64,000 nt of DNA from Felis catus (lineage: Eukaryota). A model generated the notes under the pieces. The model was not told the origin of the DNA. It saw only the letters and a list, made by a program, of their open reading frames with translations, and made no database searches. Position 1 is the first letter of the stretch; every line of letters starts with the position of its first letter. The stretch spans positions 18,602,001-18,666,000 of the forward strand of contig NC_058368.1 in the NCBI RefSeq assembly GCF_018350175.1, read 5' to 3'. Shown here piece after piece: positions 37,841-48,810 of this stretch. Both the position numbers and the translations under genes were made by a program.

Positions 37841-39576
37841 AAGAAATGAGCTTGTCACTGGTCAGGTGAATGAATGAAGTTTTAAGTTCTATGAGAAACG
37901 AATAAGATCAGACCAATCGCAGGGACCAAATGAAACCTGAGCTTTTCTTCAAATGTTAGAATGTCCCTACAGGCCTGGAGAAATTCCTGCTGTAATCTGT
38001 ATGTTATAAAGTGCTATGCTAGTACTGGAGAAGTCAATGGAGGAAAAGGTAACTTAGGGGAAATGAATTAGTGAGATCAGGAGCCAAGGTTCACCCTGTA
38101 ATCTGGGCTCAAGGTTCAAGCGTGCTCTTTCCTCATGAAGAGACGCTGACCCCGAACTTCTTGCTGCGATTGTATGATAACCACCCCCCCCACACACACA
38201 TTTCATTCCTTCCTTTCATTTCCTCTCACATGAGAACAGGTAAACTGCCTTTCCTTTGATTTATAATACAAGGAAAAAAAAATCTCATTCTGGAACTGCC
38301 AAATAGTTTCCATGGTGAAAAGTTGTGGTTCTTTGACATTTTTTAGACTTCAGTAAGCTTTGCGAAACAGTAGGATGGGAAGTAAAAATGAAAAAAAAAA
38401 AAAATATCCCAGGACCCTTCGTGAGGCTTTATATTTTTAAAAATGCTTCTGCCATGGATGTTAAGGCTGGTGCATTTTTCATTCTGCCCCAACTGGTAGG
38501 CCATAATAATTAAGAAATGATTCCACTGGAAATGGAAGTTCTGCAGTGGTCAAAGGGAACGGAGATCAGGCGGTAGCAGAAAGAACAGTAAACTCGGAAG
38601 CCGAACGCCTGGCTTGCATCCCCGTCTCAAGCCGTGCACGGGTCAGTTTCTCTCTCTGGACCTCCGTGTCCTCCTCGGGAAAAAAGTTTCCTAAGTACTT
38701 TTTGTAATTTGAAAGTCTATGACTCTCAGTCTAGTGATTTGAATTTAGATCTTTTCTCTCTCACCGACTGCAGTATTTTGAGAAAATGTCTCGCTTCCCT
38801 GTTTCTGGAAGCCCACTCACTTCCCTCAGCCCATTCCGAGGATTCACCCAGGTGATCTTTAGAGGCCACTTCGGAAATAGCTGTCATGCAGCACAAGGGA
38901 CTATTAGCAACATGTACAAAGACAGAAGATGGCCTTCGACGTCAAGTAAGGAACAGTAACACTTGTCATAATAAGGAAGAAGCACATCAGAGAGCTGTTG
39001 TTAGAACTCGGGCTTGAGCCATTGAAAACCGCTCGAGGTTGAAAACCCAGAGTTGGCAAACGATCAGAAAACAAGGCCTATGAGGACCTGTGGGGGGCAA
39101 ACGAATTGACCAGTAGGACAGGAAAGACGTGATGGCCGCCTTCTCAACTCATGGGGCCGCTGCGGCTCCGCCACCACCCTAGCCCTCACTCCCAGCTCAG
39201 AAACTAAGGCCAGCCAATCTGAGACCACCTCTAGGTGCCCAACTCCAGGTGGATGAAGGGTGAGGGCCAATGCTTGGCTCGGGAAGCCCTCCCCCGCTGC
39301 ACTAGGGACGACTTCCCCCTCTGTAATAATCTGAGGGACTGAAGATAGTTAAGAACATAAAACAAATAAAGGGTGCTTTTTTTTCCCCTTTCTCAAATTC
39401 CTGAACAAAAAGAAGTGCTAGCCCTCATAAACTATGTGTCCTTTGCGGTATTTCATCAAGGGTCATTATGAGTTGCCTGATTCACACTGGGTGTCAAATC
39501 AGTTGAAGGACAACCTCTAACCCTGATTTCATCATTCCGCCTCCCCTCCTTCTATCCTCCTGAATCTTTCTCACAG

Positions 39577-39591
39577 CGACTGAGAAGAAAG
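39577..39591 (+). other. Candidate 15-nt microexon
   Basis: ctcccctccttctatcctcctgaatctttctcacag|CGACTGAGAAGAAAG|gtaaga. Confidence 0.35.
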
Positions 39592-39631
39592 GTAAGATAT
39601 TCCTCCTTTTAGGAAAATTTGACAGCAGTAG

Positions 39632-39775
39632 AATAAGAAAAAAGGAAGAAAGAGAGAGAGAGAAAGCGAGAGAGAAAGAAAGAAAGAAAGAGGAAGGAAG
39701 GAAGGAAGGAGAGAAAGAAAGAAAGGGAAAGAACAGAGGGAGAGAGGAAGGAAAAAAATGAAAAGAGAAAAAGAC
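39632..39775. repeat. Purine-rich (GA/GAAA/GGAA)n low-complexity tract
   Basis: ~140 nt almost entirely A/G. Confidence 0.9.
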
Positions 39776-40584
39776 TGACAAGCTGGGGCTTTTTAGGGTG
39801 ATTCTGGAAGGTATCCCTGTACTATAAATAATTTCTGTTCATAAGGAACAGAGACATAAGGCAAAGTAGTAGTGTGGTCTCTTTTAGAAAGATTTCCATC
39901 CAATATGACTGAGAGAGAGAATTCCAGTTTCTGTGCTTAAAGAGACAAGCAGCAGCTATTTGACAGTGCTTGTCTGGGACGACCATCGTGGAGCACGCGT
40001 GTCCTGGCTAAGTGGATGGTGACAGAACTCTTGTTCCCCTCCACGTGCCTCACAGATGCGATGTGCCGAATCTACGATCCTGTAATTTCGTCCTTCTGTC
40101 TATTATTCTTTATTGGCTTTATGAGAAGCAACAGACACTGACCAGTATTTCTGAATTCTCAAGGCTCACCTCAGAGAAGGGCTAAAGGGAAAGCAGGTCA
40201 TGGGATATGCCAGCCAAGGGGAAGGGTTTCTGGGGGAACCCAGAATAGAGGCACATTTCTCTCTCCTCCCACTAAAAAAATGTACATATGTCTCCATCCT
40301 CCTGGCTCAGCTCAGCAGAGCTCTTACCCCTTTTTGGAAGACTTTTCTCCCAAGGAGTCCTTCAAGCTTTTATGCAGCCTACAATCTTTGAAAGATTTGA
40401 GTCAGTTTCATGATTATTTTTCATTTTTAATGTCTGGACAAGATGCTGGTCATGTTCCTTCATCGAGCCGAGCTTATGGTCTTGACTTTCATTGTCATTT
40501 TTTGAGAAGTAAATCTTTGCAGGGGAAACATCACAAAAAAATCTCTTGATCACTTTAAAAAGTGAACAAAACCCCTCTGATAAT

Positions 40585-40618
40585 GTTTTTTTTTTTGTTT
40601 TTTTGTCCCTAGGTAAGG
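40585..40618 (+). other. Recursive-splice-site-like motif (3'ss fused to 5'ss)
   Basis: ctgataatg tttttttttttgtttttttgtccctAG|GTAAGG. Confidence 0.3.
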
Positions 40619-41540
40619 AGACCTCTTGCTCTTTAGGAATAGTTTCATCTTTTCATGTACACAATGGTACTCAGTCACAGAGAAGTTTACCCACCTCCCG
40701 TCCTCATGGTCAATGCTATGTTACAAGTGACACAAGGCTAGTGTGACAACCCTTGCTTAAGAAATGGAAGAGGACGCAGCTGATGAGGCACGTGTCCGTG
40801 GGTTCCAAAGCCGCTCAAAAAGACAGATACGTATTGCGATGTTAAAAAAGAATCCACTCTCCTTCTCTCTCGCTGCTGGCCCCTTTGGTTCGGGCTGTAG
40901 ATTCCCAGCTGTCCGGCAGCTGTCATTCTGCTTGCTTATAAAGTCAGCAGCTTTTAAGCAAGGTTCCACCGTGGCAAGGTTCCTCCTATGAGGCCACTCT
41001 GGAGGCCCCTCGGGAGCAGGGGCTGTGCATTCACTCTGTGCCATGCAGAGAGACGGCTGCGGGAGCACAGAAGCAACAGGAAGTCTGCTGTGCTGTGGGC
41101 CGTGGCAAAACGAAGTCCTGATCACTCTGCACATAGATTAAAGTAGGCCTTGGGACCTCCCCCCCAGGCAGAAATGAGAATCTCAAGCCCCGGCTCTGTC
41201 CGGCATTTGATTTGCGGTCCTGGATTGTACCTGCTTGTGATACCACTAATTCTCACTAGCTTGTCACTCTGAGAGAAATAGAAGTCGCGGTGGGCTACCT
41301 GAGGACCAGGTCCTTTATATGTCCGGGATTGTGTTTTGTGGTTTGTTAGTGCAAAGTTCCCAGGGCAGGTAAATGTGAGGGAAAGATCGAGGAGCTACGG
41401 GAAAGAAGACAGGCTCCGGAATGAGCCCGGGAGTGTCTGGAATCCCCACTCGGAGGCTACTAGCAATGTAACCTTGAATTAGGTGGTTCACCTTCACATG
41501 TTCCTGTTCTCATGAGGGTAGAATAAGAACACACACAAGG

Positions 41541-41722
41541 CAGCGGTCCTCAGTGTGGGGTCTCTGGACCAGCAGCAGCAGCCTCACCTGGGAACTTGTT
41601 GGAAATGCACATTCTTGGGCCCCACCACAGAATTATTGAATCAGAAACTCCAGGGATGCAGCCCAGCGTCTATGTTTTAACAGGCCCTCCAGGCGATTCA
41701 GATGCGGCTGGGAACCACCAGT
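41541..41722 (+). mobile_element. MER5A hAT DNA transposon
   Basis: cagcggtcctcagtgtgggg...ggaccagcagcagcagcctcacctgggaacttgttggaaatgcacattcttgggcccc...gggaaccac. Confidence 0.85.
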
Positions 41723-42747
41723 TTAAGGTCTCTAGCACAGTGCTTGGCACACGATATATATTGGTTTATCCTTGTAGAAATTCCAAATTTCTGAGGAAGT
41801 ATTGATTTGGAGCCTAAAATACATAAACTACGCATATTGCTAAAGCTCGATAGAATCTCCACTCTCAGGAGTAGAATTTCTCTGGCTACACATCCCTCCT
41901 TGTCAGTCTGCCCTTGGGACAAATTAGCTGAGGCAGAAGTCTGAGTGATCAGTAAGCATCTATCAGTGGAGACGGAAGTGACCTAAAGCAGCATTTCAGA
42001 CCCTGCCTCTCTCCCTCTCCCAACCCACCCCCACCCAACGATTCCCTGCGCCAAGTGCCGGGAGCCCCGGGGAAGCACGGGGAATATGGCCCGCTTCTCT
42101 GATGCAGCAAACGTGAGAATTCCAAGGTTCTGTGGGAAGCTGTGCGTCCACCTGGCTTTCTCCCTCGGCCGTGGAAGCCCGAAAGACCGTCACCCGCAAG
42201 GTGAGCCCGCCAACGCTTGCCATTTTTTGTTAGTTTTCTCTGTGGCTGGTTTTAACTACATGTTGCCCAAGAATCCTTTTCATCCCTTGATGAAAACGAT
42301 ACCCACGTTGCTGTCATGGATGCCTGAAGTCCAGAGAATGTGACATGACAAATCTGTGACTCCACTATATCACTCTCCGGGCTTCAGACTCCTCCCGTCA
42401 TTTCTGGGAGATGATGGATCACTGGCCGTGAGTGGAAGGCTTCCTGACAGTGTGAAGAGTGTCTGTCTTGAAGAAAAGATTATTGGCTTCTCCGGACGAG
42501 GGGTATTCAGGATTTATTTTTTAAGGAGAAAAAAATGGTCTGCTTTGGAGATGACAGAGGTGAAACATCTCATGTGGCAAATATGAAAAAGTCAAGTGCC
42601 AGGCAGGAAGGAAGATGTTGCTCATCGTAGGCCCCGGCTATAAATATCAAATCCAGATGTGGCCTGGAACCATGAGCCAGGAATCTTCACCAAATAATAA
42701 GAGTCAGCAAACAACCCGTTTCATATGAATTGAATAAATAAACATCA

Positions 42748-43030
42748 ACCATCCATTCATTGAACAAATATTTGTTGAGCACATGCTACATCTTCGGCCT
42801 GTGCTGTGCCCTGGGGACACGAGGGGAACTGGAGAGACACAGTAGATGAGCAATGAGGGGGTCTGTGTCCAGGGGGAGCTTCCCAGAGGAAGCAGGCCGA
42901 AGCTGAAACGGATGTGCAGGATCAATGCCATTAACCAGGCAGCCAGACAGGAGCAGGGACAGAGAGTGTCCTCCCGCAGGGCTGGCACCCCAGAGGAAAG
43001 GTGAGGGATGTGAACGGGCACGGCGTGGAC
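42748..43030 (-). mobile_element. L2 3' relic
   Basis: catccattcattgaacaaatatttgttgagcac...ctgtgctgtgccctggggacac. Confidence 0.65.
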
Positions 43031-43199
43031 GGGACGAAGTCAGTGCGGGGCAAGAGCTGGGGACCGTGGCGGAGGACGTCCTGGGCATGCTCGCAGCCAG
43101 AATGTATGCAGGGACCCGGGTGAGCTACCTGCAGCTGATAATCTGTGATCCAACCACATGGGCACCGCGTGGCAAGGGACGGCACACACAGGCCGAGGG

Positions 43200-43430
43200 T
43201 TCAGAACTGGTTCTGAACCCCAGTTCTATCACTTCTCCGCTTGTGTCCTTGGGTGAGTTTCTCAGCGTCTCTCTGCTTCGATTGTCTTGTCTATAAAATG
43301 AGGGTTGTGTTACCTTACAGGGTCGCAATAAGGAATAAATGAAACAAATGTGCATATAACACTTAGCACAGTGTTTGGGATTTAGGAAACTCTCAAATAT
43401 TAACTGCTCTATTATTATTATCATCATCAT
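43200..43430 (+). mobile_element. MIR SINE
   Basis: ggttctgaaccccagttctatcactt...gtctataaaatgagg...acttagcacagtgtttgg...ctcaaatattaactgctctattattatt. Confidence 0.8.
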
Positions 43431-43507
43431 TAACGTAGCAGGACAAATATTAGTAACTTGGGCGTGCCGCAGCCTTTGCTCCACCCCTGCCCATCAAAGA
43501 GAATTCT

Positions 43508-43775
43508 AACAGAGGGGAAGGGAAGCAAAAGTGAGATAAAAGCAGAGAGGGAGGCAAACCATAAGAGAGTCTTAAATACAGAGAACAAACTGAAGGTTGC
43601 TGGAGGGAGGGAGGTGGGTGGGGGAATGGGCTAAAGGGGCGATGGGCATTCAAGGAGGGCACTTGTCGGGATGAGCACTGGGTGTTATATGCAGGTGATG
43701 AATCACCAAATTCTGCTTCTGAAATCATGATTACACTATGTGTTAACTAATTTGGATCTAATAAATAAATAAATT
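43508..43775 (+). mobile_element. Felis-type L1 3'UTR fragment
   Basis: gagggaggcaaaccataagagagtcttaaatacagagaacaaactga...gatgagcactgggtgtt; TSD agagaattct. Confidence 0.93.
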
Positions 43776-44439
43776 AGAGAATTCTGTCAAATACTCCCCT
43801 TTTTCTCCTTTGAGCAAGAAAGGACTCTCACTCTCTGGAGTTGGCGTGAAGCAAGTCGCCCAGTCTCTCTTAGATGACGGGGCTGGGCCCTGGGTCATTG
43901 CATGTGTCATCTCCAGGGTGCATGAAAGTGTCTCTCCTAAAAAAGAGCTGATAGGGAGTGCTCCAGACAAGGCCCTTCCAAGATCAGTTTTGGTGGGAAG
44001 AAAACTGGTCAGCTTTAGCGGGCAGGCAGGGAAAGAGAAGAGAGAAGGAGAGGGAGCCATGAGGAGTCGTGAGGAGCCCAGGAGGGGAGAGGGGTCTGGG
44101 GGCGTCTGTGACACGCCAGGGAGCAGCTGTGGGTGAGAGGAAAGTAGGTAGTAGAGGAGAGGAAATTCAGCTAAGAGCTTCATTTGGACGCCCTGTAAGT
44201 TTTCTTCTCAAGACATAAGAATAAAATTCCCTTTTAATTACTTTGGCTCTTGTCCCATGTTTCTTTAAAGTTGATGCTCCGAGGAGACAGAGCCGTACAG
44301 ACTCCTTCACCAGGATTTAGCAGGGCTACAGTATTAATGCTACAAATAGGTATCTAAGTACCTACCCCCCCCCCCCCCCGCCACGGCTAGTCTTAGGATT
44401 AAATGTGGTAATGGGTGTTCTATCTACCACCTTTTCCTG

Positions 44440-44781
44440 GATTATACTGCAAGAAGCTCCCAAATCTCGGTGGCTTATAACAACAAAGGTTTTGTGTCTC
44501 ACCCTTGTTACATGTTCTTTGTGGTTTGGCCACACGTCTTTATTCTGGGAAGGAGACGGCTGGATCCGCCCCTCTCTGGGCCTGGCAGGGCCGGCCAGTG
44601 GGGAAGAAAGGCAGAACCCGAACCCACCATGGCTCTCAGAGCTTCTACGCAGAAGTCTGTCACTTCCAATCCCATACCATCGGCCAAACTAGTCATACGT
44701 GTCGTCATCAGGGTGGGGAGTGTGACTGTCCCAGTGGGGCGGGGCAGCAAGTACTCGGGAACAAGAACAGAGCCTGCCACA
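44440..44781 (-). mobile_element. MaLR LTR (MLT1K/L-like)
   Basis: cccaaatctcggtggcttataacaacaaagg...cacttccaatcccataccatcggccaaactagtca...ctgccaca. Confidence 0.65.
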
Positions 44782-45710
44782 ATCATGAAGTGCTTAGGAC
44801 ATTGCCTGGCATGCGAAAAGACCTCAATAAACTATGAAAATCATTCGTAACAATCTGTAAAATGGGGGAAGTAATAGTGCCAGCCTCATAAGGGAGTCTG
44901 AGGATTAAGACAGATAATGCACACAGGGCCTGACTCACTGGCTCCATAAGCGGCAGCTCTCGGTGACTCCCCCAGGGCCAAGAAAGGCAGACGATCCGGC
45001 AGTTACAGAAAGCCACGGCCAGGGAACATGTGGTGACCGGAAGCTATAGAGGACCTCTGGGGCCCCGATGGGAAAGGATGTTCCTGTCTCAGGGGGTCAG
45101 AGACCAGAGCAGGACCCCAGAGAGCCAAGGGCTGCATGGGGGCAGGAAATGCCAATTACTGTCCTGCCAAAGGGGACACCTGCAGACCACATGCAGAGCA
45201 ACAGAGAGCCTGCTGTTCTCCGGCCTTTCCTGGGCCTCGGGGCCAAGCCATGGGCTCGGACAGGAAGCCCAGGGCCGCCTGTGTCAAAGTGGACCTGGAG
45301 CCATGCCCGTTCCCTGCTCTGGGGCACCACGGCTCGCACGCCAGTTCCCCATCCCTTTCCCACACCAAGGAGGGAACTCTGAGCTTCCCAGACACCCAGT
45401 GACTGTCCATTCAGGCCAGCAAGGCTGCTCACCTGGCCAACAAGGCAGGGCCAGGTCGGAAGCAGGGTCCAGGGGCTGTAGGCCTCCAATAAAAATATTT
45501 CCAGAGCAAGTTGGTGTGGAGGGATCCCTCCTATTCCTTTTAACCCCTGTCTCTTCTCTCGCCCACCACCTGGCTCTCGTCGGGGGCTCGGTTCCCCTCC
45601 CCAAGCTGCCCTTTCCGCCTGTCTTCCCACTCATTCAGTCAACAGTGTTTCCTGGGGGCTCTCCAGGTGGCAGGGTCAGCATGGTGCTGGGAACAGAGCA
45701 GTGCTGCCCC

Positions 45711-45878
45711 TGTTCCAGTGTGTGCTCCAGCGAGTGCTCCAGGGTGTAATCCAGTGAGCGCTTCAGTGCGTGCTCCCGTGCGTGATCCAGTGCATGCTCG
45801 AGTGCGTGCTCCAGTTTGTGCTCCAGTGAGTGCTGCGGTGCGTAGTCTAGTGGGTGCTCCCGTGAATGTTCCAGTGCA
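45711..45878. repeat. 12-bp minisatellite, 14 diverged units, no indels (consensus TGCTCCAGTGMG)
   Basis: Units tgttccagtgtg, tgctccagcgag, tgctccagggtg, taatccagtgag, cgcttcagtgcg, tgctcccgtgcg, tgatccagtgca, tgctcgagtgcg, tgctccagtttg, tgctccagtgag, tgctgcggtgcg, tagtctagtggg, tgctcccgtgaa, tgttccagtgca. Confidence 0.95.
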
Positions 45879-46324
45879 GGAGAAAGACGAGAGCCAAGAA
45901 GAGAAAGGAAAGCTTTTCCTCTTGGTCGACGGTGAGTGGTAAAGAGCAGAGGGATGGATGTGGCACAGAACACGAACTAGGGTCAGGGTAGCGGCAGCCA
46001 AGTCAGCCGAGGCGGGGGCGTGTACTCAAGGCTTCCTTCTTCCCCAGCTGACTGTCCCCTGATCTCACGGCTACAGGTTAGGAAAGCAGCCGTGAGCATT
46101 CTGTGTGGTTCTGTTTCACACCGGGGCTCATCTTCTGGAGCCATGTGACCACACTCCTCCAGATGCCTGTGGGTGGCCAAACCGAAACAAGAGTCCTCTG
46201 CTGGAGCCTGTGTTTCTGGCTGTGGACTGGGAAATCTGGGAGCCTTGGAATCAGGCTTGAGTTCGAATCCTGATTCTGCTGCACTCACCGGCTTTGGCGG
46301 AGCTGTGGGTGACCTGCCCACAGC

Positions 46325-46669
46325 TGTCCAGCCCACCTAGAGGTCATCGGCAAGCTAAGAGCTTCCTGTCCCTCTGCCTGAGAGGATGTCTGGCCCCAAG
46401 AGTGCACCTGGTCCTCATCAGGGCAGACTGGAGGCGCTGGGGAGCAACCTCACACAGCTCTTGGGCACTCCCCCATACTCGGTGGTCCGGTTTTCAGCCT
46501 CGGAGGGCCCTCGGCAGGACAAAGGCCAGGTCCCTGCAGTGAGTGTCATGAACGCACCTGACTCACTTCCTTCCCTTCCCCAGCTTGTGTCCCCATCCTC
46601 TCCCAAATAAACAACCCGCAATCAAATCTTCGTCTTGGGGTCAGCTCTGAGGGAAACTCAGACGAAGAT
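46325..46669 (+). mobile_element. ERVL LTR (LTR16-like) inserted in a MIR
   Basis: 3' end ctcccaaataaacaacccgcaatcaaatcttcgtcttggggtcagctctgagggaaactcagacgaaga resembles the recalled LTR16 terminus; MIR halves on both sides. Confidence 0.7.
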
Positions 46670-47264
46670 GCCGGACATGTGAATCTGGGAAAACGATGTA
46701 AGCTTCTGCGTCTGTTTCTTCATCTGCACAGTAGAGACGGCGAGAGGATGGGCAAGGAGGAGCAAATGACTAAGGAGGCGTAAAGAGGCACAGAGCAGGC
46801 ACGCAGTAACAAAGGACTCTGAGGAGCAAATGATATCATGTACGTGAAATTGCCTGCATCCTGCAGGTGCCGCTCCAAATGCACGCAGGCAGCGTTGTGA
46901 TGACTTAAGAGCATGCCCTCCAGAGTCAGAACCAGCCCTGAGACCCGAGGCAACTCATCTCACCTCTCCGAGCCCCGGTTTCCTTGTCTGTTAAACAGAA
47001 ACAGTGATAGCATCAATCGCATAGGGCTGCAGCAAGGATTAAGTAAGTAAGCATACGTAGCGCGTCTAGAACTGTCCTGCTTCCTAACAAAACTACGGGT
47101 TTGTCATGTGACTTTCATCAGTGACTGTCGGTTTATTATTTATAGGTTTATTATTATCATTACATTATTTTTAGGCTATACCAAAAATGCAAGTCTTTTA
47201 GCTACCACCGCTGACACACCACTTTAGCCGCCCGCGCCAAATGGTTTAGTTTGTCCTCGTGAGA

Positions 47265-47810
47265 TTTTTTTAATTGCATAAATAATTCATGAATATGCTC
47301 CCGTTGAAAAAGTTAAAGTGTACGGGACAAAACTTAAAGTCCCTTCAACACTTACGCCCCCCCACCCTCCTCCCATGTCCACAGCATGGGGCCCTCTCCC
47401 CATTCCTTTTATATATAGGTGTCATACACTTTTCTCCCTACAGAAGTGGTAACATACTAGACTTGCATTCAAATTTGCTCTACAAGTTGCTTATTGCTTG
47501 TCAAATATATTTGGGGGATTTTCCTAGGATGATACAATAAGGCTACTTCATTTTTTAAAATTCTTCAGAATAAGTATACCTTAATTTGGTTTAACAGATC
47601 CCCTATTGATACCCGTCCACGAGGTGTCCAATTTCCCCCCTTTGAAGGCCGCGACAGTCAACATCTTTGTGCATACATCTTCACTCAGGCACATGAATAT
47701 TCCTTAGGATGGATTCCAGGAAGTGGATTTGCCGGGTCAAATGATGTGTGAATTTTTTGTTTTGCGAAATACTGCCAAATTGCCTTCTAATTTACACTCC
47801 TACCAGCCTT
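47265..47810 (-). mobile_element. Ancient L1 (L1ME-like) 3' fragment
   Basis: cccctattgata...catctttgtgcatacatc...ggattccaggaagtggatttgccgggtcaaa...actgccaaattgccttc. Confidence 0.7.
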
Positions 47811-48011
47811 GGGGGGAGGTTTGTTTTTGTTTTATTTATTTGTTTTTGTTTTAAAGACTTACAGGAGGGGTTTTGTTAGGCAGTTGGTCTCAGCAGAGGA
47901 GGGCATCGTGTTTTTTCCCGACAACTAAAAACAGCAGTGTGTTCCTTTCCTTTCTGGAGATCCAACTTCCCAGCTGCATAACCCCTCTTCCTCCAACCCT
48001 TCCTCCCCACA

Positions 48012-48012
<1 letters not shown>

Positions 48013-48056
<44 letters not shown>
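48013..48056. repeat. (CA)n microsatellite
   Basis: Pure CA run. Confidence 0.95.
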
Positions 48057-48059
<3 letters not shown>

Positions 48060-48154
48060 CAACCATAATGGAGAATTATCTCCGCCTAAAATGTTGCTGC
48101 CTTGATGGACTGAACCTCCTCCACTGTGGCCACCATAGAGTTTGTTTTTTCTGA

Positions 48155-48810
48155 GTAGGGTTGCCTACCCAACACTCCTGCTTCTGTAGAAAGAGAACTT
48201 CATTACTGCTGGAAGGATGACCTCTTGGTGGCCGCAGAACTACACTTCCCAGCCTGCATTGCAGTAGGAGCAGCCGATGAGCTGTAAGTGGACATTGATG
48301 GGGCAGGAGGGCTTATGGGTCAGGTTCTATAAAGGAGGCCAGCTTACCGGAAGTGAGCTCCTTTGCTTGCACTCCTTTCTCCCTACTTGGAACTGGGGAT
48401 GACTTTGAACATGTTCAACCATTCACATGGACATCAGCCTAAGGTGCTGGGCAGAGTCCTAGAGGATCCTGCTGTGGCTTGTGTTAACTCTTTAGCTGAT
48501 GGATCTTGGAGAAGATCCAGGGATGCCAAAAGGCATTGGCACTCATTCTGAAATATGTTGACATTTTAACAACTAATTGGCTATCTGTTTGCCTTCTGAC
48601 TGAATTTCAGCCCTGTCTGAAATGATAATGTGATGGTTGGAGCTCCAATTGTCCTGTGGGACCATGAGGTGATCTTCAAGGTGGAAGCCAGGCAGTAAGG
48701 ATGATGGACAAGACAGAATCTAGGCGTCTAAAGAACGTGAAGCCACCATACCTGCCATCTAGACTTCTTTTCTAGAAAGTACTAGGCTTAAACCCAATCC
48801 ATTCCTGGCA
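48155..48810 (+). mobile_element. ERVL-class LTR (LTR33/LTR41-like)
   Basis: actacacttcccagcctgcattgca near the 5' part; gtgatggttggagctcc...ggaccatgagg...ggaagcc...gccaccatacctgcc...gacttcttt in the 3' part. Confidence 0.6.

Noticed and set aside
45030..45749. Longest ORF (239 aa) and other long GC-rich ORFs (29126-29746, 26118-26627, 50211-50726)
   Set aside because: Overlapping ORFs in several frames with Pro/Gly/Arg-rich composition, expected from stop-codon scarcity; no recognisable domain
45711..45878. CRISPR-like array or Cys-rich keratin-associated frame (CSSVCSSEC)
   Set aside because: Contiguous 12-mers with no spacers in a mammalian context; the Cys-rich frame has stops in units 4, 7 and 12
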